A model generated the notes under the pieces. It made no database searches, was not told the DNA's origin, and was given only the letters and a program-made list of their open reading frames with translations. Positions 9,243 to 16,638 of a DNA stretch of 18,539 bases are shown piece after piece; position 1 is the first letter of the stretch, and each line of letters starts with the position of its first letter. The DNA comes from Candidatus Thorarchaeota archaeon (lineage in GTDB: Archaea; Asgardarchaeota; Thorarchaeia; Thorarchaeales; Thorarchaeaceae). The position numbers were made by a program, and so were the translations under genes. The stretch is from positions 1 through 18,539 of the forward strand of contig PRDI01000109.1 of NCBI GenBank assembly GCA_003345595.1. Reading direction: 5' to 3'.

Positions 9243-10364
9243 CTACTCAACCTTCACCAGCCGTATCTCACCATAGTCACTGATGACTCTCATGTAGCCT
9301 CTGAGCATTTGATCCACGGAGGGGTCACCGGTGTCGACCTTCAGTGATTCGCCCTCAATCCCCCTAAGCTTCGAAACCGTGCATAGAACTCGTATATGGT
9401 CTCTGCCTGCTCTCTCAATCACTCTCGGGCTTATCTGTTGGTTTCCTCTGCCGAACAAGACTCCTTGGTGACCTATCGGGGAAACAATGATCCACACATT
9501 GCTGAACTCCTCTACGGAGTCAAGAATCCTAGACTCATTCACGTCGTTCTGTACTGTACCATTCTGGTACAGGTCTACACCTAGTGTGGTCTTCTTCACT
9601 CCAAGGAGCCCTGCGAGCGTCTTGACAGTCGTTCCCGGACCTAAAATGAGGGTCGCCCCCTTCGGAAGCGTTTCGAGAACGTACCTCGCGATAGCTTCCT
9701 GTGCCTCGTGCTCATCTGTGGTTTCTGCGCTAATCTGCTTGGAGCCCTGAAATCGTGCAGGCACTGATGGGCCCCTCAGATAGCCGTACAGACGTACGAC
9801 GAACTTGTCCTGCCTAATGGCCTCCTCGTCAGCGTCCATCACCTCAAACTCTGTGGTTCCCGTGTTACCTTCGCGCATCACCCTGATGACCTCGGCAGCA
9901 TCTCGCGGATTCACAACGAAGATGCCGCTGTACATCTTGACCCCCGATGGCACGCCTAGGACCATCAGGTCGGCAAGGTCGCCTTGGGTGACGGCATCAA
10001 GAATGTCGCGAGCAGTGCCATCTCCTCCCACGAAGACAAGAAGACGTACGCCCGAGTTGTATAATGCCTTCACGCAACGTACCGTGTCTTCAGAGGCGGT
10101 TTCTATTCCAATGGCCACATCAACCACGTCGTGCTTGACGTCTGCTTGTCGACAAACACCCGCCCCCATCGGTCCAGGGCAAGCTGTCAGGCTGATATCA
10201 GGAACCCTCAACGACTTCAGCGCATCCAGGAACTCTCGGGCGCGCCGCGGGGCAACTGGCTTTGCCCCTCTTTTGATTGCCTCTCTGACCACGCCGTCAG
10301 TTCCCTTCAGCCCTACGCGGCCACCCATGCCGGCAATCGGGTTCACAAGCAGGCCGACATTCAT
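9243..10364 (-). CDS. ATP-NAD kinase family protein (COG3199-like)
   Basis: NPIAGMGGRVGLKGTDG, GGDGTARD, GVPSGVKMYSG, GPGTT, TLGVD, GRGNQQ and DTGD motifs. Confidence 0.85.
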   Translation of the reverse strand: MNVGLLVNPIAGMGGRVGLKGTDGVVREAIKRGAKPVAPRRAREFLDALKSLRVPDISLTACPGPMGAGVCRQADVKHDVVDVAIGIETASEDTVRCVKALYNSGVRLLVFVGGDGTARDILDAVTQGDLADLMVLGVPSGVKMYSGIFVVNPRDAAEVIRVMREGNTGTTEFEVMDADEEAIRQDKFVVRLYGYLRGPSVPARFQGSKQISAETTDEHEAQEAIARYVLETLPKGATLILGPGTTVKTLAGLLGVKKTTLGVDLYQNGTVQNDVNESRILDSVEEFSNVWIIVSPIGHQGVLFGRGNQQISPRVIERAGRDHIRVLCTVSKLRGIEGESLKVDTGDPSVDQMLRGYMRVISDYGEIRLVKVE

Positions 10365-10432
10365 TCAAACCACAACCTCTCAACGCCTTATGCCCAACAC
10401 AGACACCTTATCAGTGTTCATAGGTGGCCCAG

Positions 10433-11014
10433 CTATTTCAAAGCACGGACTTCTGCCGCTGTTTGAAACCAGAAAGCGACCCTGAACAGGACTTCCTCCA
10501 AGAGGCGAGGTCTGTTGTCGGGGGTAGCATCTTCGGGCCACTTGTGGCGCCTGTAGTCGTCAAACTTGTCGAATGTCTTGCCATACTTCGTCGTGAGAGG
10601 CGTTTCCACCTTTCTGTCGCAGACCGTGACAAGAGCACGAACGAGAGTGGTGAAATCGAAGTCCAGACGAAGCAACCAGTCGCGAACAGCTTTGAAGAAC
10701 CTCGTCTGTTCAGTCTTGTCCCAAGGTAGACTCTTGACAGCATCTCGGTCCCGCGCGTCGACTCGGTCACTGTTGAAACTGCAGCTCTTGTCGTAGGTGC
10801 AGCGAGCCCTCACAAGCACGTCTTGCTTTGATAGCCACACAGCAAGTTCATGATTGCCCTTCTTCGATAGGGCCACCTTGTGATCTCCAGCTGGAAAGAT
10901 GACCTCGACAACGCCTACGTCCTTCTGACGTAGTCCCTGCTTGAAGTAGAGGTCAAGGGCCCACGCAATCGGAGGCAGGACGTTTGCTGCGTAGTACTCG
11001 TCAGGCTTAGTCAT
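10433..11014 (-). CDS. Hypothetical protein (193 aa)
   Basis: Fills the gap between the GTPase and the kinase on the same strand and has protein-like composition; no motif recognised. Confidence 0.7.
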   Translation of the reverse strand: MTKPDEYYAANVLPPIAWALDLYFKQGLRQKDVGVVEVIFPAGDHKVALSKKGNHELAVWLSKQDVLVRARCTYDKSCSFNSDRVDARDRDAVKSLPWDKTEQTRFFKAVRDWLLRLDFDFTTLVRALVTVCDRKVETPLTTKYGKTFDKFDDYRRHKWPEDATPDNRPRLLEEVLFRVAFWFQTAAEVRALK

Positions 11015-11094
11015 TCTTCAAAACCTAGTTCGAAATGATGGTGCGATTTGCCTGTGGCGTCAACAAGGAACCTAAGAAGATGCTTCCGGTCTGC

Positions 11095-11655
11095 TCACTG
11101 GACTTCCCACTGGCCGCCTTCCTCACGTTGTTCAACTAGGGTCTTCCCGAGCTGCTCGAATATGTCAATGACCCCCTCTCCGGTCTTTGCAGAAGACTCA
11201 ACATAGGGCATTCGGCGCTTGTCTGCAAACTCCCTGCCTTCCGCGGGTGTCACGACACGGTCTGGAAGGTCTGTCTTGTTTGCCACGAGGACAAGTGGTA
11301 TGTCCTTGTTTATGGCCTTGCGAAGCTCATCTAGCCACTCCTGTAGGACGATGAATGTGCGACGTCGGGTCACGTCGAAAACCAGTATTCCTCCACTGGC
11401 GCCTCGGTAGTACATGGGTCGAAGGATCTGAAAACGCGACTGACCAGCCACATCCCAAATCTGGAGCTTGACCGTAAGCCTCCGTCCCTCGCTCGCTTTG
11501 ATGTCAATGTTCTTGACGGCGAACTGAGAGCCAATTGTGGTCTTGTAGTCAGTCCTGAAGAAGCCATGTGAGAATCGGGTCACGATTGCAGTCTTGCCAA
11601 CAGCACCCTCGCCCAACACAACTACTTTGTACAGTCGGTCATACGTACTGCTCAT
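11095..11655 (-). CDS. Rab-like small GTPase (Ras superfamily)
   Basis: G1 GEGAVGKT, G2 TIG, G3 WDVAGQ, G4 NKTD and G5 SAK; RabF-like motifs IGSQF, KLQIW, RFQIL, YYRGA and LVFDVT; no C-terminal Cys. Confidence 0.93.
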   Translation of the reverse strand: MSSTYDRLYKVVVLGEGAVGKTAIVTRFSHGFFRTDYKTTIGSQFAVKNIDIKASEGRRLTVKLQIWDVAGQSRFQILRPMYYRGASGGILVFDVTRRRTFIVLQEWLDELRKAINKDIPLVLVANKTDLPDRVVTPAEGREFADKRRMPYVESSAKTGEGVIDIFEQLGKTLVEQREEGGQWEVQ

Positions 11656-11677
11656 CTGAGTCTACCCCGGTTCTCAA

Positions 11678-11693
11678 CGCGGATGCATCCGCG
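11678..11693. repeat. Perfect 16-bp palindrome upstream of the Rab-like gene
   Basis: CGCGGATGCATCCGCG equals its own reverse complement. Confidence 0.8.
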
Positions 11694-11769
11694 GGAATAG
11701 TGCAAAAGGGTAGGGTTTGTAGCTTCTAATAACCATTTCGCGGGACAAGGCAGGAAATGCGGTGAGCAG

Positions 11770-12567
11770 TCATGAAGCACTTGCTTCTGCCCAGCGCACG
11801 AATTTGGCCAGCAACCTGTTGAACTCGTCAGGCTTCTCCAGCATAGGTATGTGATCCGCCCCTCTAACAAAGGCGACGTCTGCGCGGGGTAGTTGCTCTG
11901 CGAGCATCCGTGCAAGACCAGGCTCAATCACATGGTCCTCTTGACCATGAATCACCAGACACGGCGTTTCGATTGACCCGAGTTTCCCTGAAATATCGAA
12001 TCGGTCGCACGCCCTAAGGTCACGAAGGAGCAACTGGGGATTCTCCCTTTTGATCTGCTCGTCCAATCGCTTTATCGCGAAAGCTTCAGATACATCGCCC
12101 GTGAGCCTGCTCTTCAGCATGAGCAGCTCGGTCTCTATGGTTTCAAAGGCCAAGCGGGGAATCAGTTTCGCTAGTTCGAGATCTGCAGAAGCACCGACAA
12201 GTACAATGCCACGCGGCTGGCGGAACTCGGGGTGTAGTACATAGGACATGACGACACCTCCTCCCATGGAGTGTCCTATCAAAACAAAGTGCCTTATCTT
12301 CAGGTAGTCTACCAACGCTGCAATCTCATGAGTGTAGCCGCCGTCAATAGTCGCTTCACCCTCAATGTTGTCTGACGCACCATGCCCCGACAGGTCAGGC
12401 GCCACAACCCTGTTTGTCCAGCAGAATTCGTGTTTCTGGAGAGTCCAGACGATGTGCGAAGACCCAGCGCCGTGCACAAAAACAAGAGCAAGACCCTTTC
12501 TCTTGTCTTTTCGCCTGTCTGCGTCCACATAGTGCAGCTCCGAACCATGGTACCCGAAGAAAGGCAT
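11770..12567 (-). CDS. Alpha/beta-fold hydrolase
   Basis: VFVHGAG oxyanion motif, DLSGHG, GHSMGG nucleophile elbow, HGQED acid and GADH catalytic His. ATG 12567 (MPFFGY) preferred. Confidence 0.9.
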   Translation of the reverse strand: MPFFGYHGSELHYVDADRRKDKRKGLALVFVHGAGSSHIVWTLQKHEFCWTNRVVAPDLSGHGASDNIEGEATIDGGYTHEIAALVDYLKIRHFVLIGHSMGGGVVMSYVLHPEFRQPRGIVLVGASADLELAKLIPRLAFETIETELLMLKSRLTGDVSEAFAIKRLDEQIKRENPQLLLRDLRACDRFDISGKLGSIETPCLVIHGQEDHVIEPGLARMLAEQLPRADVAFVRGADHIPMLEKPDEFNRLLAKFVRWAEASAS

Positions 12568-12698
12568 AGACCCACATCCCAGTGATGCTTCACCATCGGT
12601 GAATGTGGTCATATATCCCTATGCCACTGACGATTAGCCAGAAGTGGGTAGGCAACTTTTTCTTTCGTGCCTCATATGCGATGGTCGGGGTCACTCTC

Positions 12699-14075
12699 AT
12701 GGCAAAGCTGTTCGGAACCACAGGAATCAGAAAAGTATACGGAACAGAGTTTGACCTTGAAATGGCCCTGAATCTTGGGAAAGCCTTGGGCACATATCTG
12801 ACAGGCGGAAATGCTGTCTTAGCTGAGGACGTTCGAACCACGAGCCGCATGGTGGCCGATTCATTGTCCGCAGGCCTTCTTTCAACGGGCACCATAGTGA
12901 CTAGGGCGGGAATGCTGCCGACACCCACGCTCGCATTCACGACAATGACGCGCGGGTTCGATGTCGGTGTCATGATTACGGCGTCACACAATCCGCCCGA
13001 GTATACAGGTGTGAAATTCTGGTCCAAGAACAGCATGGGATACACGCCCGAGGAAGAATCGACAATCGAAGGAATCTACAGCTCGCACAAGTTCAGGGTG
13101 GCAGCTTGGGACCAGCTAGGCAGTGAGAAGACCGTAGAAACGTGTGTGGCGGAACACATTGAAGCGGTGATATCAAGGTGCGATGCCGAGGCAATCCGGA
13201 GGAGGGCTGCGAAGGTCATAATCGATCCTGGCAATGGAGCCTCCTGCGTGTTGACACCATACTTGCTGGGAAATCTTGGATGCAAGGTGATCACGGTCAA
13301 TGGTCAGCCAGATGGGCATTTCCCAGGCCGAGTTTCAGAGCCTGACGATGAAAACCTTGGAGACCTCAAACGCATGGTCAAGGAAACGGGTGCGGACTTG
13401 GGTGTGGCGCACGATGGTGACTCTGATAGGGTCGTATTTGTGACAGAAGCGGGACAGGTTGTGAGGGGTGACAGGACCATTGCTCTCTTGGCGGCTGAGG
13501 CACTGAAGGCGTCAACCAACAAGACCGTTGTGACCACAGTGGACAGCTCTCGAGTGCTTGATGAAACCGTAGAAAGAGCGGGAGGGCGGACAATCAGGAC
13601 TCCTGTTGGTGATATACAGGTGGCTATGAAGGTGAGAGAAACTGGAGCACTACTAGGCGGCGAAGCGTGCGGTGTTTTTATCTTCCCTGAGTTTCATCTT
13701 GCCCCAGAACCGTTTCTGGCCGCTTGCAAAGTGTTGGAGCTCATTGCGCGCAAGAACCAGAGCTTCGGCGAAATCATCCGAGCGATACCCGAGTACCCAC
13801 TGTCCAAGACGAAGCTCGACTGCCGAAACGACTTGAAGACGCATGTCATGGCGGCTCTTAGAGAGAGTCTCCCTGCAGCATTCACCAATGTCGCCGACGT
13901 TGTAACAGTTGACGGACTCGGCATTTCGCTGAAACAGGGCTGGGTCTTGGTCAGACCCTCTGGTACTGAACCAGTGATCAGAATTACATGCGAAGGCCCA
14001 ACGCGCCAGAGAGTGCAGACCATTATGAGAAAGGCCAAGGCCGTTGTAACAGCAGAGATTCAGACAGCAGGCTGA
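12699..14075 (+). CDS. glmM: Phosphoglucosamine mutase / phosphohexomutase
   Basis: KLFGTTGIR, TASHNP (phospho-Ser), DGDSDR (metal loop), GGEACG and VRPSGTEP motifs. GlmM versus PMM/PGM specificity is not resolvable by eye. Confidence 0.75.
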   Translation: MAKLFGTTGIRKVYGTEFDLEMALNLGKALGTYLTGGNAVLAEDVRTTSRMVADSLSAGLLSTGTIVTRAGMLPTPTLAFTTMTRGFDVGVMITASHNPPEYTGVKFWSKNSMGYTPEEESTIEGIYSSHKFRVAAWDQLGSEKTVETCVAEHIEAVISRCDAEAIRRRAAKVIIDPGNGASCVLTPYLLGNLGCKVITVNGQPDGHFPGRVSEPDDENLGDLKRMVKETGADLGVAHDGDSDRVVFVTEAGQVVRGDRTIALLAAEALKASTNKTVVTTVDSSRVLDETVERAGGRTIRTPVGDIQVAMKVRETGALLGGEACGVFIFPEFHLAPEPFLAACKVLELIARKNQSFGEIIRAIPEYPLSKTKLDCRNDLKTHVMAALRESLPAAFTNVADVVTVDGLGISLKQGWVLVRPSGTEPVIRITCEGPTRQRVQTIMRKAKAVVTAEIQTAG

Positions 14076-14150
14076 CAGTCTTATTGGCGATGACACTGTG
14101 GCATGTGCAATACCAATCAGGGACCGATTGTGCGCTATGAGAATTCGAGG

Positions 14151-14193
14151 TGGAGCAGATGATACACTGCTCCATATGCGGACAATCTTTATA
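14151..14193 (+). promoter_or_regulatory. Inverted repeat plus TATA-like box upstream of the 14235 ORF
   Basis: TGGAGCAG-N8-CTGCTCCA at 14151-14174, then TTTATA at 14188-14193, about 42 nt before the ATG. Confidence 0.45.
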
Positions 14194-14234
14194 GCACAAA
14201 CCTCCGAGTGCAGGCTGAAAGAGTGGTCTGAGTC

Positions 14235-14660
14235 ATGCCTAAAGAGAAAGACGAATTGGGAATCATGGATGACTTCGAGTGGGCGCTAAAGGACCCCAGT
14301 GAAGAGAAGCTACGCGAACTGGGAACGGTCGTTTCTACTGTCACCATGAAGCTTGTTGCCGCAATCTCCGATCTTCAGACTGCTCTGTCTGATGTTCAAA
14401 CCAAGCTTGGGGCCCTTGATTCCCGCGTTAGCCAACTGGACAGCAGGATGGCAAGCGGCAGAACCGCAGGATCCTCAGCCGGGCTCGAAATGGGAGCATC
14501 CGGTGCCGCTGCTTCGCCAGGCATTGCTAGGGCACCCATAGCCAAGGCCCCAACTCCAGCGCCAGCTGCCGGAGGAGGCGGAGGTCTCATGGGTGAACTC
14601 AAGTCATTACTGTCTGCAAGGAGAAGGAAGACAGACACCGGCCCCGAGGGCACTGGGTAG
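14235..14660 (+). CDS. Coiled-coil protein with Ala/Pro-rich linker and C-terminal Ena/VASP FAB/WH2-like helix
   Basis: Heptad pattern ISDLQTALSDVQTKLGALDSRVSQLDSRM; linker RAPIAKAPTPAPAA; C-terminal GGGGGLMGELKSLLSARRRK. Confidence 0.7.
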   Translation: MPKEKDELGIMDDFEWALKDPSEEKLRELGTVVSTVTMKLVAAISDLQTALSDVQTKLGALDSRVSQLDSRMASGRTAGSSAGLEMGASGAAASPGIARAPIAKAPTPAPAAGGGGGLMGELKSLLSARRRKTDTGPEGTG

Positions 14661-14672
14661 TTCCAGAACAGC

Positions 14673-15341
14673 CTAGATGAGCGTCTTGACAGCGTTCATG
14701 GTATAGAACGGACCTGCATGAGTCGGAAGCGATAGAGTGAAAGCTTCTGCTCTTTCGCAACCTGCTTGGATGCCGCGCAGACGAGTCCTGGCATCATAGA
14801 ACCTCAGGTAGAACGCGTCAGCCTTTGTCAGCTGTGATTTGTGTTCCTTGAGGGCACTCACTGCGGTGGAGAAAGACTCAGAAACGTCCATCAAGACGTG
14901 AGGCTGTGAATGGAGGCTGTTGATCTCCATGCCATAGATCCTGTTCACCCGATAGGCGTTCTCAAAGGTTGTTGTATGTGACGCCCATTCAATAGCATCC
15001 GCCACCAGCTGAGCACACTGAACGTGATTTCGATTGTAGTCATCTCCAGAGTGGGTGATGACCGCTGATGGCCTAGACTTCAGGATTGTCTGAACAATCT
15101 CCTTTCCCAATGACCAGTCGACCGCGAAATCGTCACGTGTGTTTGTGTACACCTCTCTAACTCCCAGCAGGCGGCAAGCTGCCCGCATCTCTCTGTTTCG
15201 GGTGTCGTTCCCCGTCAGAGCAAGGACATCCACACTGACACCTTGATCCACATGTCGCCTGATAGTGCCGCCAGCTCCTAGGCATTCGTCATCAGGGTGC
15301 GCCACTATCACAAGAATGGAGTCCTGAGGAGGGCCTGTCAT
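14673..15341 (-). CDS. bshB: PIG-L family N-acetylglucosaminyl deacetylase, BshB-like
   Basis: VIVAHPDDE Zn motif, TRNRE, ITH..D...H, HKSQ and AEAF motifs; divergent from bshA. ATG 15341 preferred over TTG 15371. Confidence 0.8.
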   Translation of the reverse strand: MTGPPQDSILVIVAHPDDECLGAGGTIRRHVDQGVSVDVLALTGNDTRNREMRAACRLLGVREVYTNTRDDFAVDWSLGKEIVQTILKSRPSAVITHSGDDYNRNHVQCAQLVADAIEWASHTTTFENAYRVNRIYGMEINSLHSQPHVLMDVSESFSTAVSALKEHKSQLTKADAFYLRFYDARTRLRGIQAGCERAEAFTLSLPTHAGPFYTMNAVKTLI

Positions 15342-15458
15342 ACGCTCGCCGAGGAGTATCTGTCTAATCAACGTTTGGACAGAACTGACGCCAGCCTGAC
15401 TGACCCTACCAGTTCACTTAAAGGGACAGAGCAGTACGCGGCTGTTGAGTGAACCACA

Positions 15459-16622
15459 ATGCGGATTGGCGTCAACCTCTATCCTGGCGTTGGAGGCTCC
15501 GGGCATTTGGCGACAAGATTGGGTGAACATCTTGCCCAGAGAGGACACACTATCCACTTCATTACTTATCAGCGGCCCTTCGCTCTGATGTGGGAGCAGT
15601 ACAGAGGAATCTACGTCGATCTTGTTGACAGGTTCGACTATCCTCTTTTCAGTGAAATAGGACCTCCGTACGCGATGGCCTTGACCTCAAAGATCTTGAA
15701 GGTGAAGAACGACGCGAATCTCGACCTGCTTCACGCGCATTATGCGATTCCGCACGCCATGGCAGGATACATGGCACGAGAGATATCCGGTCTGCCATAC
15801 CTCGTCACTCTTCATGGATCAGACGCGCATACACTCGGGCCAGACCCGGCCTACAAGCCGGTCGTAAAGTTCACGGTAGAGAAGGCAAACGCAGTGACCG
15901 CAGTGTCTCAGTTTCTGCAGAAGACGGCGTACGAGCGGCTCGGCATTGAGAGGGAGATACACGTCGTGCCAAACTTCATCGACACAAAGCAGTTTCAGCC
16001 ACTTGACAGCTGCAGGCTGACTGTGGAAGGTGGCTGCGTTGGCATGAAAAGGGGAGAGGATGCTAAAACCATTGACCCTGAAGAGAAAGTGCTACTACAC
16101 ATCTCCAACTTCAGGGAGGTCAAACGTGTGACCGACCTTATCGAGATAATGCGGATTGTGGTCAATGAGATTCCCAACTCCCGTCTCATAATCGTAGGGG
16201 ATGGACCCGAACGCATTGAGGTGGAGAGGAGAATCGAGAAGCTCAATCTATGCAATAACGTCCATCTGCTTGGCGTCAGAACAAGCATGCAGGAGATATT
16301 CTGTGGAACAGACGCGTTTCTCCTCAACTCCAAAGTGGAAGGCATGCCGCTGGTATTGCTTGAGGCCATGGCATGTGGCGTGCCAGTGGTCACGACTCCC
16401 GCTGGTGGCGTTCCAGAGCTCGTACGTCCAGGTGTCGATGGCGTTGTGACAAAGGGATTTGAGCACGATGAGTTTGCAAAAGCGGTGATAGACATTCTCG
16501 AGAAGGATAGCCTCAGGAAGACTCTCGCAAAGGCAGGACGGAAACGAGTCGTTGAGAGCTTCTCTTCAGAGAGAATAGTACCAATGTATGAGAAGGTGTT
16601 CGAGGAGGCAGTTGCCACCTAA
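15459..16622 (+). CDS. bshA: N-acetyl-alpha-D-glucosaminyl L-malate synthase (GT4)
   Basis: BshA-typical YPGVGGSG, HFITY, YPLF, LLHAHYAIPHA, TLHGSD, VTAVS and HISNFREVKR motifs. Confidence 0.9.
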   Translation: MRIGVNLYPGVGGSGHLATRLGEHLAQRGHTIHFITYQRPFALMWEQYRGIYVDLVDRFDYPLFSEIGPPYAMALTSKILKVKNDANLDLLHAHYAIPHAMAGYMAREISGLPYLVTLHGSDAHTLGPDPAYKPVVKFTVEKANAVTAVSQFLQKTAYERLGIEREIHVVPNFIDTKQFQPLDSCRLTVEGGCVGMKRGEDAKTIDPEEKVLLHISNFREVKRVTDLIEIMRIVVNEIPNSRLIIVGDGPERIEVERRIEKLNLCNNVHLLGVRTSMQEIFCGTDAFLLNSKVEGMPLVLLEAMACGVPVVTTPAGGVPELVRPGVDGVVTKGFEHDEFAKAVIDILEKDSLRKTLAKAGRKRVVESFSSERIVPMYEKVFEEAVAT

Positions 16623-16628
16623 GGAGGT
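16621..16628 (+). promoter_or_regulatory. Shine-Dalgarno site overlapping the bshA stop codon
   Basis: TAAGGAGGT; AAGGAGGT ends 10 nt before ATG 16639. Confidence 0.6.
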
Positions 16629-16638
16629 TCTTGAGAAC

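Noticed and set aside
12567-12699. Apparent overlap of the hydrolase and glmM starts in the ORF track (12612 versus 12603)
   Set aside because: Artefact of longest-ORF calling; motif-based starts at 12567 and 12699 leave a normal divergent intergenic region.
14073-14190. Selenocysteine read-through of the glmM TGA with a downstream SECIS-like hairpin
   Set aside because: The mutase is already complete at the TGA, and another in-frame TGA follows within six codons.
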